Shown here in pieces: positions 41,004 to 53,599 of a stretch of 64,000 bases of DNA (position 1 is its first letter; each line of letters begins with the position of its first letter). Both the position numbers and the translations under genes were made by a program. The stretch comes from Octopus sinensis (lineage: Eukaryota), in assembly GCF_006345805.1 (NCBI RefSeq), contig NC_043016.1:23436001-23500000 (forward strand). The letters are read 5' to 3'. The notes under the pieces were generated by a model, which was given only the letters and a program-made list of their open reading frames with translations, had not been told where the DNA came from and searched no databases.

Positions 41004-41812
41004 TTTGGCACAGATTGATCTTGCACTCTGTTGTGCATGTGCACTATGTTTTAACATTCTAGCTCACTTCCACTGTTTACAGCAGTGCTTGGAAGGAAGG
41101 TATGTAGCATGTGATTGTTGCATTGATCATGACAGAAAGCTGAGCTTATAATCTATCTCAAATTTTGCCAAAAGCTTGATAATACCTGCTCAGAGGCCTA
41201 TGCAAAGTTTTCAAAAAATTTTCATTGTTCTTTACACAGTCAAAGAGATCTTGTGCAATGGAAACCCAAGTGTGTTTTTGGTCAGCTGAAAGCAGTTTTG
41301 GCGCAAATTTGGAAGTCATGTGTCTCATACCCAAATCTTCAGTGATAATGGACTGAACTGAACCATAACTAACCTGCACATACTCTGATAACTCTTGGAT
41401 GAGGATTCAATGATTTTCCTTCACAGTTTCACACACATCTGTAATGTTTTCCTCACTTCTGCTAGTTGTGGGTCTCCCAGAACATTCGTCAATATCAACA
41501 TTTTCTCGGCCATCTTGGAAACATTTGGATCACTTGAACACTTGAGTGTGGCTCGTACATTCCTCTTCATACACTTTCTGCAACTTTTTGCATAGGCCTT
41601 TGAGCAGGTATTGCCATGACAACTTTCTCTGTAATGGTCAATGTGATGATTACATGCTACACATATTCCTTCCAAGCACTGCTGTGAACAACGGAAGTGA
41701 GCTAGTGCACATGCACAGCAGAGTTCAAGGTCAATCTGTGCCAAGCGGCTTCACTCTGCATGCTTTAGCTTCATTATTATGGCAACAATCTAGATACTTA
41801 CTGATCAGACCT

Positions 41813-41817
<5 letters not shown>
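41004..41817 (-). mobile_element. Mariner 5' portion plus an inverted second 5' portion (fold-back derivative)
   Basis: Minus strand gives MQVSYGSVQSIITEDLGMRHMTSKFAPKLLSADQK...ENFLKT. Segment 41004-41205 is an inverted copy of about 41570-41745. Confidence 0.8.
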
Positions 41818-41868
<51 letters not shown>

Positions 41869-42124
41869 CTGCAGGTGAATTTACCACTGGGTACGTATAT
41901 TTCTTGTTTATATATTAATGGTTTATTCTACTGAAGATCACAAAGCAGGTATAGAATTATCTAATATTTTTTGTTTTTTCTTGCTCATTCCCTTACATTT
42001 CTACCTGTGGTTGAATATTGAGAGTAAATTGTAGAGTGGACTGTAGGTATTTGATACCTATTTCTAGCATTGGTGATAGTCATTTCCTGTTGCCCTTTAT
42101 AATTATAGACTTTTGTGTGTGTGT

Positions 42125-42163
<39 letters not shown>

Positions 42164-42261
42164 TGATGAACATGAAGGCACTCATCAAGGCTCAGTTCCC
42201 AGTTCCCTCCTTATCATTGTTCTCCAGACCATAACAGAGGATATATATATATATATATATC

Positions 42262-42529
42262 ACGTGATCACGTGACCGACCAGACCATCAGATGTTGTTA
42301 CACATCACTGGTCACAATGCGTTCGCAGTGTTTTAGCCTTCGAATGACGCCACCCCGCTGGCTAAGAGGGCAGGCTAACAGAAGAAAGAGTACAGCAGGG
42401 ATCACCACCCCCTTCCGGGATCATTGTGAAGCTTTTAGGTGTTTTCGCTCAATAAACACACACAACGCTCGGTCTGGGAATCAAAACCGCGAGTCCGCTG
42501 CCCTAACCACTGGGCCATTGCGCCTCCAC
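42262..42529 (-). mobile_element. tRNA-derived SINE
   Basis: Head GGAGGCGCAATGGCCCAGTGGTTAGGGCAGCGGACTCGCGG, related to the head at 10691. Confidence 0.75.
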
Positions 42530-42588
42530 ATATATATATATATATATATGTATGTATTAAACGATGATGATGATGATGATGATATATG

Positions 42589-42621
<33 letters not shown>

Positions 42622-42664
42622 GTAGTTGATGCAAAGAGCAAAAATAGAACTCAAAACATGAGTA

Positions 42665-43235
42665 TACAGTAAAGTCTATTTGCCAACACAACATGGCAGT
42701 CCTACAAAGGATGATGTTACTACTTTTTAGCACTAGGAAATACATCTTTTCCAGCTAGCTACCAATACATGATCTGTGTCCATATACAGTGAACAAGAGA
42801 GTCAACTGCTCCCTTTCTAGCCATAGTGATACCTGTAGACCAATGGTTTCTGAATAATTTCCCTTTGTCAGTACAGGACAACTGCCAGCTAGTAATAGCA
42901 GCCACAAGCTCTTGCTCACAGTATATACTTTTAAAGTGGCACACTGTTGCTGATCTCATAAAGAGAAAAACAACTAATTTTAAATCTCTGAGTGAGAAAT
43001 ATGTATTAACAGTACCAAACAGTAAAGTCTGTTTGCCAACAGAACATGGCAGTCCTACGTAGGACAATGTTACTACTTTTTGGCCCCAGGAAAACACCTT
43101 TTCCAGCTGGCTACTGACACATGATCTGTATCCGTATACTGTGAACAAGGGAGTTTACTGTTCTCATTTTAGCCATAGTAATACCAATAGACCAAAGGTT
43201 TCTAGGTAATTTCCCTTCATCAGTACAGGACAACA
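42665..43235 (+). repeat. Old direct duplication of a ~215-bp unit (42665-42883 and 43020-43235)
   Basis: Both copies read ACAGTAAAGTCT.TTTGCCAACA...CAGTACAGGACAAC with scattered differences. Confidence 0.75.
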
Positions 43236-43689
43236 TTTATACATTTATATTTATTAATATTTAGCAAAAATAACAGAACAACTTATGCTCTGAGAGTTTT
43301 GTGTTGGCATTTAACAAACAAGTCATTGGTTGAAGGTCTGTGGGTTATCAACAACTATATAAACCCACATAAAAAGCACCCAGATGGCTCATAAAAAGCA
43401 TCCTGTAAAATGGTTAACATTAGGAAAAGGCAACCAGCCATAGAAACCATGCCACAACAGACAAATGGAGTCTGGACAGCTTCATGTTGCACTATCTAAC
43501 CCATGCCATCATGGAAAATGGATGATGATGATGACATGATGTATCATCATCATCATTTAACATCTACTCTCCATGCTGGCATTGGTTGGACAGTTTGATA
43601 TAGAGCTGTCCAATTTCCAACTGTCTTTTGTGGCATGGGTTCTATGGCTGGATGCCCTTCCTAATGCCAACCACTCTACAGTGTGCTGA

Positions 43690-44340
43690 GTGAGACCACA
43701 TACAAAGACGCTGTCAGTAAGGTGAGAGCTAACTATGAGTACAGTGAAGAATTTGATGAACATGAAGGCACTCATCAAGGCTCAGTCCCCAGTTCCCTCC
43801 TTATCATTGTTCTCCAGACCATAACAGAGGATAGGCAGCCCCCTAGGAACTACTCTATGCTGATGATCTTGCCCTCATGGCAGATTCTATATTAAAGCTA
43901 GTAAAGAAATTCTGGTGTAGAAGCAAAAACATGGAATCTAAGGGCCTTAAGGTCAACCTAGCAAAGACTAAGGCCTTAGTAACAAGAAAACAGACATGAC
44001 CCTACCCACTTCAGGTAAGTGGCTCTGCTTGAATTCTGAGAAATTCCATACAGTATCCCCAGTGAAAGCTATGGACACATAAGAAGCGCAGTGGAATAAA
44101 AGGAAGGTTATCAGAGAAAGTAATGATTGTATGTGGAAGATGTACAGGATCCATAAAAACTAAAGATACTCAGTAAATTGACTTTCTCAAATGCCCTAGA
44201 GGATCATTAGAGGTAGTGGATAATATCTGCTACCTGGGGGATCAAACTAATGGGGGAAGAATGCACAGAGAGTATAATAGCTAGAATAAGAATAGGATGG
44301 AGAAAATTCAGAGAGCTTTTACCTCTGTTGGCAACCAAAG
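43690..44340 (+). mobile_element. Degraded RTEX RT fragment
   Basis: YKDAVSKVRANYEYSEEF, HQGSV, LKVNLAKTK, HKKRSGIKGRLSEKVMIVCGRCTG, IGWRKFRELLPLLATK. Confidence 0.8.
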
Positions 44341-44910
44341 TTTTCATCATTCTTGACACAATCAAGGAGATCTTATACAACTGAAACTTGAGTGATTTTT
44401 TGGTCAGCTGAAAGCAGTTTTGGAACAAACTTGGTAGACACATGTCTTGTACCCATTTTCATCAGTGATAATGGACTGAACTGAATTATAACTAATCTGC
44501 ACATCCTCTGATAACTCACGGACGGTGATTTGACAATTTCCCCTCACAGCTACATGGACATCTGCAATATTTTTCTCACTTCTGCTGATTGTGGGTCTCC
44601 CAGAACATTTGTCAATATCAACATTTTTTTCAGCAATCTTGGAAACGTTTGAACCACTCATACACTCTTCTCCATACACTTTCTGCAACTTTGTGTAGGT
44701 CTCTGAGCAGATATTGCCATGACAACTTTCTTTGTGATAGTCAATGTCATGATCACATTATGTACCTTTCTTCCAAGCAAGCACTGCTGTAAACAGCAGG
44801 AGTGAGCTAGAACATTAAAACTTAGTGCACATGCACAGCAGAGTTCACTCTGCATGCTTTAACTTCATTACTATGGCAACAGTCCGGATACTTATTGATC
44901 AGACCTCATA
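44340..44910 (-). mobile_element. Mariner 5' portion (same subfamily as 41215-41817)
   Basis: MQKVYGEECMS...SGRPTISRSEKNI...ITVRELSEDVQISYNSVQSII; terminal TATGAGGTCTGATCAATAAGTATCCG. Confidence 0.8.
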
Positions 44911-45439
44911 CATATAACAGGCTTATTTCATTCAATGGACTGTGGTTATGCTGAACAACCACCTTGAATGGTAGTATTTTGTCAAACACATCAAAACCCA
45001 TCATTACTTACTTTTAAACATGGTACTTATTCTACTGATGGCTTTTGCTGAACCATTAAGTCATGAAGACATAAACAAACCATCATCAGTTGTCAAATGG
45101 GGATGGGGACACAAACACAAAGGCACGCATATTTACAATGGGCTTCTACACAGTTTCCATCTACCAAATTCACTCACAAACCATAAGTCGGTTCAGGGCT
45201 ATAGAAGACACTTGTCCAAGGTGCCATGCAGTGGGACTGAATCCCAGACCACATGACTGAGAAGCAAACTTCTCAACCATACAGTCCTGCTGATCTCAAC
45301 CTGATAAGTGGCAACATGAAACAGAGTGAAAAGTTGTTGGAAACCTAGTTCTAGTAGTTATTATTAAAATTAACTCTACGTTATTGAGTACCAGATCCTT
45401 TTATATGAATTAGCAAGGATATATATATATATATATATA

Positions 45440-46130
45440 TGTTTAATTATTATCATAATATTTCATTACATATATGCTATATATTTGTAACTTAACGAGG
45501 TAACTTAAATGGGTTTCACTAGACATCCTGAATGATGACGCACTTGGGATATTATTTTAGATGTTGTTATAAGGCCAAGAAACATTCTTTAGTAATAAAT
45601 ATATAACATAACATAATCGATGACTACAGGAATTCACAATATATTCAATAAAGATAATCTAATTTAGCTGTGTAATTGCTGTCTATAAACTGACTTTGGT
45701 TAATTATAGAAATTTTTGCCGTATCATAGAAATGAATTGATTATACGTTAAAAATTGATTCCTTTCAAGGATACATAGCCAATTCAATGAATATTCGTTC
45801 ATTGAGCTTTTGCTTTCAGATATTTTTCATTCATGGGTCAAAATATACATGTATATGAGAATCTGTACAATGGCATGTTCTAGACATTTCTGTTTTTGTA
45901 TTATGTTGTATGCTACTGTACGGCATGGTCTCATGTATTTACTTTTAATGTCAAATACTTTCTTTTTTTGTTTTTTTAAAATATCGTATGTAATATGAAG
46001 GAAGACATTCATTTCTTGATTGTTTGGATTTTAAACAAAAGATGCACATGCTTACATTAACAAAAGGACTCTTAACAAGAGACAAAATCCAGCATGAATC
46101 ATTGGGAGTACCTCACATTGATGAAAGAGA
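45440..46130 (-). mobile_element. Naiad-type PLE 3' remnant (GIY-YIG C-terminus plus 3' UTR)
   Basis: WILSLKSPFVNVSMCIFCLKSK...FDIKSKYMRPCR resembles W.I.....PY....C.LCL.EK...LN.RSE....CRH. Confidence 0.5.
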
Positions 46131-46265
46131 GGATTGTGTGGGTTGGCAAAAGAGACATATAATTAAGCAATAATACATTTTTTCGAGATCAGTGACTTTT
46201 CATCACTGGAAAAGGGATATATGTATTTGCAATTGGACCCCTTCGCATTGAAGACTGGTGATTGT

Positions 46266-46311
46266 CATGCGCTGACGATGGGTAAATACCCAGAAACCCA
46301 GGTCCGTGCAT
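46266..46311 (+). ncRNA. Compact type I hammerhead ribozyme candidate
   Basis: CTGACGA (46272-46278); stem II TGGGTA/TACCCA; GAAAC (46293-46297); ACC/GGT stem III; GUC (46302-46304); stem I TGCG/CGTG including two G-U pairs. Confidence 0.6.
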
Positions 46312-46888
46312 ATCACGTCAGGTCAACAATGGGAAGGATGGCTTCCCTTTGCAAATACTGATAGGGCACAGAAAGTGTGTCAATAGCCAGCTGGAGATGT
46401 TCTCCTGCGGCAACAAGCTACAGTAACATCCACCCTTAGTGGTTAGCCACATTTAAGTGGTAAATATACTTCACAGACATATAATTGCCATGTTTGATAA
46501 AATTAAGTTCTTAAACTTTTCTAACATGCCTCCATGATGAAGAAAAAGAAGAACTATGTATATACAAACTACATTTGTCATCTCAGGAAAAAAAAAAAAA
46601 GAATGTTTTCATTAATATGTGGTGGTGATGGAGTGTTATTTGACACTTAAACAATTATGGGAGTACTTCTAGATAGTTATCTATTTTACATATGGCTAAG
46701 TTTTGCGAAGACTGAATATTCAATACTCTCCAACAAAAGTGAAAGAAACTGTAAGACTGAAAAGTTCTGGGTGTAAGGAGAGCATTGTGTTATTTTTGTT
46801 GAATTACATTATACTGAAGAAAATTAAAAATTAATATTGTTTTCTTGTCTTTATATAGGCATGGCTGTGTGATAAGAAGCTTCCTTTC

Positions 46889-47111
46889 TGCCAGCTTGGC
46901 GGCAAGCTGGCAGAAACGTTAGCACGCAGGGCGAAATGCTTAGTGGTATTTCGTCTGCCGCTACATTCTGAGTTCAAATTTCACCGAGGTCACCTTTGCC
47001 TTTCATCCTTTTGGGGCTGATTAAATAAGTACCGGTTATGCACTGGGGTTGATATAATTGACTTAATCCGTTTGTCCCCTCTGTGTGTAGCCCCTTGTGG
47101 GCAGTAAAGAA
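46889..47111 (+). mobile_element. Meta-domain SINE inserted into the head of a CORE-type SINE
   Basis: 17-bp TSD ATAAGAAGCTTCCTTTC at 46872-46888 and 47112-47128. Confidence 0.85.
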
Positions 47112-47695
47112 ATAAGAAGCTTCCTTTCCAACCACATGGTTCTGGGTCCATTCCCACTGCATAACACCTTGGGCAAGTGTCTTCTACTACAGCCTTAGGC
47201 CAACATAAGTCTTGTGAGTGGATTTAGTAGACAGAAACTGAAAGAAGCTGGTCATATATATATTTGTGTGTGTGTATGCTTGTCTTTGTTCCTGCCACTG
47301 CCTGACAATCGATGTTGGTGTTTACATCCCTGTAACTTACCAGCCCCATGGTTCCAGGTTCAGTCCCACTGCATAGCACCTTGGGAAAGTATCTTCTACT
47401 ATAGTCACGGGCCAACCAAAGCCTTGTGAGTGGATTCGGTAGACGGAAACTGAAAGAAGCTTGTCGTATATATGTATATGTATGTGTGTGTGTGTGTGTG
47501 TTTGTCCCCCTAACATCACTTGACAACTGATGCTGGTGTGTTTACGTCCCCATAACTTAATGGTTCGGCAAAAGAGACCGATAGAATAAGTACTAGGCTT
47601 ACAAAGAATAAGTCCTGGGTCCGATTTGCTTGACTAAAGGCGGTGCTTCAGCATGGCCGAAGCCAAATGATTGAAATAAATAAAAGAGTAAAAGA
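47112..47695 (+). mobile_element. CORE-type SINE(s)
   Basis: CACCTTGGGCAAGTGTCTTCTACTA core; tail ...AAATGATTGAAATAAATAAAAGAGTAAAAGAG. Contains a nested second head. Confidence 0.7.
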
Positions 47696-48718
47696 GTAAT
47701 GTCTCTGTTGCTGGCATAGTTTTCAATTTTTAAAATTCTGTTCCAATTGTTTTCAAAATTGGTGTACTGATGTAATTTTGTATGCTAATTATGAAAATGA
47801 AAGTCATTTTAGCCATAAATTAATAAATAAAAAGTTTATAGCAGGAATTTTCTTTTTTTCTGCTTAAACCCACTAAGTGTAATTTCTTTACCCTTTTTTT
47901 TTTTTTTTGACAAGGTCTTATATTCTGAACTTGTTTTTGAATTTTCACTACAAAAAATTTTGTTTACAAGAATTGAACTATTACTACAGTATAACATAGT
48001 CTTGGGTTTTTTTTTTTTTTTTTGAAATTTTTCCCCAAGAAGTTTTACTTTTTAAATTGTTTACATGCTTGTTCGAACATTTGTTTTAGATTATCTCATC
48101 ATCAGACAGTAAAAAATTTCTCTTTCTTGCTGTCACAGATTTTGAAATTTTAAAATTAGTTAACAGTTTCAAATTTGGCATAGTAATGCAAGTTTTCATG
48201 CCAGATCTGATTTTGTTATTCCCTTGTTCCAGAAAAACTCGAGGAAAATGTTCACTAAAAGCATGTTACTAGTTTATCATCTCCAGGACATCCACTGGTT
48301 GGTCTGACCTAAACCCAACCCTAACTAACCCTCGTGTATTGCAAAATTTTGACTGAATTTTTGCTACAAAAACTGTATTGTTTACATGAACTGAACTACA
48401 GAAGTTTTTTTGTTTTTTTTGGCAAAAAGAATTTCATTGAAGATTTTTTCCTTGCCTGTTCTAAAGTTTCACATTACTTTATTCATTTAAAATTATTAAA
48501 ACTTCAAAATCTCTTGCTACTTCCATCATCTGTTGCTTTTATTTTGTTTAGAAAAAGAAAACAAAAAGTTTATTGTTGGTAATGTTGTAATAGATATATC
48601 ATCATCATCATCATTTAGCGTCCGTTCTCCATGCTAGCATGGGTTGGACGGTTCAACTGGGGTCTGTGAAGCTGGAAGGCTTCATCAGGCCCAGTCAGAT
48701 CTGGCAGTGTTTCTACGG

Positions 48719-49011
48719 CTGGATGCCCTTCCTAACGCCAACCACTCCGAGAGTGTAGTGGGTGCTTTTTACGTGCCACCCGCACAGGTGCCAGACAGAG
48801 CTGGCAAACGGCCACGAACGGATGGTGCTTTTACATGTCACCGGCACGGGGCCAGGCAAGGCTGGCAACGGACACGAGCCTTGCCTGGCCCCGTGCCGGT
48901 GACACGTAAAAGCACCATCCGTTTGCCAGCTCTATCTGGCACCTGTGCGGGTGGAACGTAAAAAGCACCCACTACACTCTCGGAGTGGTTGGCGTTAGGA
49001 AGGGCATCCAG
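48719..49011. repeat. Near-perfect inverted duplication within an RTE-tailed repeat
   Basis: Arms 48719-48863 and 48877-49011; 13-nt spacer; 10-nt deletion in the right arm. Confidence 0.9.
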
Positions 49012-50789
49012 ATATATATTATACATAAAATGTCAGCTTCCAAATCCTGTTTTCTGTTACATTTTTCTAAAAATTTTCCTGGAACAAATGAATAACAATC
49101 TGATTCAGCATGAAAAATTACACCAATATACCAAATTTGAAAATATTCACTTAATTTTAAAATTCCAAAATGTGACAGCAACGAAAAAAGATCCTGTATA
49201 ATTTCACAAAAATAATATGCTATTTCACTTTTGTTGGCAGATTTTTTTGAATTTGCAATGTGTGCTCTAAGTTTTCTACTCTTCATTGAGCCAGTCATGT
49301 GTTTTTTACATACATACCACAGATGCCACTGTGTTTTCTAACTTTCTATAAAATTATTTAACCTCAAAATCCTGAAATATTTTTTTAATTCTTTTACTTG
49401 TTTCAGTCACTAGACTGAAGTCATGCTGGGGCACTGCCTTGAATTCTTTTTTCTACCTGAATGAATTGACCTCAGCATTTATTTTTGTTTTAAAGCCTAG
49501 TACTTATCCCATTGATAACTTTTGCTGAACTGCTAAGTTATGGGAACACAAGCACACCAACACTGCTGCCAAGTGGTGGTGGGTGGGGTGGGGTGGACAA
49601 AAACAGACACAAAGACGCACACACATAGATATACATATATACATATACAATGGGCTTTTTTCAGTTTCCACCTACCAAATCCACTCACAAGGCTTTGGTC
49701 AGCCTGAGGCTATAGTAGAAAACATTTGCCCAAGATGCCACATGGTGGGACTGAACCTGGAACCATGTGGTTGGGAAGTAAGCTTCTTACCACACAGCCA
49801 CGCCTGTGCATAAATATATATATATATGGTACATAAAAAGCACTATCTAAATGTGATCAATGCCAAGCCTGCCTGATTGGCTCCTATGCCAGTGGCACAT
49901 AAAAAGCACCACTACACTCTCGGAGTGGTTGGCATTAGGAAGGGCATCCAGCTGTAGAAACATTGTCAGATCAGATTGGAGCCTGGTGCAGCCGCTGACT
50001 TTCCAGACCTCAGTCAAACTGTCCAACCCATGCCAGCATGGAAAACAGACATTAAACGATGATGATGAGATATATATATATATTTAATTTCACGAAGAAA
50101 GAATGAGGTTGTTTAGAAGCTGATTGTTGACTACATAATTTTATATACAATATTGAACACAGTGGTAAGTTTGGAAAAAAAATCAGTATACAGAAACTGC
50201 ATAATGTTGTCTTCAGGTCCATAGACTATGCTGCATTGGTGCTTTGTGGATGCAATGTGGGTATATTTCATTGGTTGTGGGAACAATAACAGAAGCAAAA
50301 TATGTGAACTGAAATATTTATTGCCAGACATAAGAATATTTGTTGTTGGCCATTTACAATTAATAATAATAATTATTATTATTATTATTATTACATAATG
50401 GGAGAAAGAAAAATTGCACTGCATCTTATGAGACACCATGTGAACAATCAGAATGGGTCTGTCTGAGAAACTGGGGATGACTCTGCAAATGTCTGGAACT
50501 GCCAGCATGACAAGAATGGAGGTGCATGTCACTCAACTGCCTTCGACATTCCGTGATTAAGAAGAGTTACAAGTGGTGCTTTATAGGGAACAAGAAGGAA
50601 CATTCTTGAAAGCCAACTCACATCACAGCTTCAGGCTAATTGGTTGCTTAGTAGACCGATCAGGTGGAACTGTGGTGGTTCATTCATGGTGTCTGACGGG
50701 TTTAAATCACTGCTACAAGTAGTCTCCTCCCAGCCCTTTACATGAATGCAAAAAGAGCAAACTTATAAATCGATTTTGTTTCTTTCTAA

Positions 50790-51450
50790 CTTACAGAAAA
50801 ATGGATAATTTTTTAATTAAAATGTTCTACAAATACGCTTCAGATGGTGTAGATTCCAATTACATCAGAAAATGTTGTGAAAAATATTTTCCACTGTGCG
50901 GAGAGGAGTTTCAGAAAATTCATACGAGTCAGCTTTATTTCTCTATAACTTTCAGAAAAAAATGGGACCTTTTTGATGAAGTTTTCTACAAATACCTTTC
51001 CATGTATAGATTAAGATTATATCGGAATTTGACATAAAAAAAAGAAAATAGTAAAGATGCACGACATACACCATATCGACATACACCACAAATATTTTTT
51101 CGAAACATCAAGTTCTGTTTTGTAGATATATGTGAAATATATCAGTATGTATGCGTACAAGTCCAACATCTTTTTCTTTCTTTTTCTTATCAAATTCCGA
51201 TATAGTCACAATCTACAAACTCTGAAAGGTATTTGTTGAAAATTTCATAAAAAAAAATAATAAATAACCAATAACCCATTTTTCTGAAAGTAATGATTGA
51301 ACAAAACTGACTCGTGTGAATTTTCCAAAACCCATCTCCCCACACCCATAAACATTTTTTCACAACAAATTCCGATATAATATGAATTTATACCATCTGA
51401 AGCATATTGGTAGAAAATTTTCATTAGAAAATTCCATTTTTCTGAAAATT
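50790..51450. mobile_element. Old fold-back/MITE-like element with ~250-bp diverged inverted arms
   Basis: For example TCTACAAATACGCTTCAGATGGTGTA vs ATACCATCTGAAGCATATTGGTAGA, and GATTATATCGGAATTTGA vs TCAAATTCCGATATAGTC. Confidence 0.65.
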
Positions 51451-52450
51451 ATGAGGAAACAAAGTTGGTGTGGGGGAGGGGGAGTACACTTGTGTAGGTA
51501 TGCCAAAAAAAAAAGAATCTATATATAAAAGTATAAAGAGAAAAAAAGCATGCATGGAAAACAGATTAAATATTAAGATGTCTACATAAGGAAAAGTTCG
51601 TACAATATACAAAGTTTCGCAGTTTTCTTCCCTTCCTTTTGGAACTTTACAAAGGAAAAAAAAAACAATTTTTTTTTTTGTCTATATTGAAAAAATTGAG
51701 TCTGAGCTTTATTGAACAGAAGGCTGGAATGAAATGGGGTGTTTTTACTGTATTTTTTTTAACTGAGCCAGATGTTCACTACCTTACAAAAACTATATCA
51801 GGTCAAAGGAAAGAGGTAAAATTAACGAAACTCGACTAAAATTTAAAAAAATAAATAAATAAAATATAAATCAACAAAATATTATCTATAACTTCTTCAC
51901 GATCTGCTGGATTCTCCTCTTCGTGATATATTTACTCATCGTGCAGTTAAAGAGAAGAAATTATTGAAATTAGACATTACTCATTTTACCCCCATTTTAG
52001 ACTCTTTTGAAACTTGAAAAATTATCAAATTAGATATTAGTGTAAGAAAAAACTGATTCAAAATCCAACAACGAAAAGAATAGTGATTGTTAAACACCTT
52101 TCAAACAGCATAGATTACGATTGTAAAAAAAATTTGTGAGGAAAATATTTTCCGACGGGTGGGAAGAGGATTGTCGGAATATTCACACGATGATTTTTTT
52201 TCCCTCATAACTTTCAGGATCTAGTTTAGCACCCAGTCACCAAAACAAAAAAAAAAAGCTTAGTTCATCAGGTGTAAAAAAAAAAAATGTGTGGAAAATG
52301 AACATAAAAACAAAAGTTTGCACAAACATACATTATACATACCTTCGTCTTGGTTGGTAATTATTTGACGGCAACGATTCGAGAAAGGAAGGTATAACTT
52401 GACTGCCTCTATGAAGAACTTCTGTTCCAGACTGTCTTTAAGTTGAGAAG

Positions 52451-52847
52451 TCTTTATATATAAAAGTAAGGTTGTGTGTCTGTCTCCTACGATTTAGATT
52501 CCTAACTACTCCCACATTTTGCGGTGCAGTTTAACCAAAACCGGGTATCTTATAGTCGTGATTCATATCGAGCCCTTCTGGGTATTAGCGCGCGTCTACG
52601 ATGAGTCTACGATTCAAAACAAAATTTACCATCATTTTTTTCCATTTTAATGCATTTCTTCGCTATTATATAAGGGAAGTAACTCTCTAAAAGTGTCTAC
52701 GATGAGTCAACGATTTAAAAAAAAATTTACCATCATTTTTTTCCATTTTTAATGCATTCTTTTGCTATTTTTTGGCTATAACTCTCTAAAAATGCTTATA
52801 TAGTTATTTCCCTTACAAACCCGAGCAACGCCGGGCGATACTGCTAG
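52451..52847 (+). mobile_element. Short non-autonomous Helitron
   Basis: 5' TCTTTATATATAAAAG; internal ~110-bp tandem duplication; 3' CCCGAGCAACGCCGGG hairpin then CTAG|T. Confidence 0.85.
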
Positions 52848-53107
52848 TTATAAATAAATATCTTGCAAGATATTTTTGTAGATATCTTGATTGAATTCCT
52901 GGTTTTTGGAATGATTCTTTCACGTCTCTCCAAAGTCTTTCAATATTTTGTGTCTGTGTTTCTGTGTGTGCTATCTTCAAAATTGTAAGAGTGAGACATT
53001 TTCCCGTCGTTGTTTCAATCTGAACATATCACTATTTGGTAGTGCTCCGTGTTAGCGCAAATTTTTGTTTTCATATTCGTTTTCTACACATTTTAAACAT
53101 ATTAGAC

Positions 53108-53139
<32 letters not shown>

Positions 53140-53599
53140 GTGACCGGGAGTTAAACTATATATTAACCAAATTACCAAGATATTTCATTAGCACCCTAAG
53201 TTAAAATCGGGTCTAATTTGGGGACAAATTTCTTGAAAATAGAGAACCTGCCACATGACTGTCTTCGGACTCTCAACTTTACAACGACTATGCTGACTAA
53301 TTATCAATCCGAAAGATGATGCAACAGTACAAAATAATGTAATATTTGCAATGTAATGATTTCAAATGGATAAGGAGAAAATAACGAGAAATCAGAAGTT
53401 ATTTTTCCGCGGTTACTAATTTTGCCCCCACCCCCACATTTATATAATTTTTCCGTTGGACTAAATGAATGAGTTTTATTCTATTACATATGTAACACGT
53501 ATGTATATCAAACATATATAATACAGAAATTAAAATACAAATCCCAAACCGAAGAAAACAACATGAGCGAAAATAAAAGGGAAAAATAGAAATAAGAGG

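Noticed and set aside
45296-45350. Hammerhead-like CTGATAAG...GAAACCTAGTT
   Set aside because: G8 is altered and stem II and stem I pair poorly; at best a dead relic.
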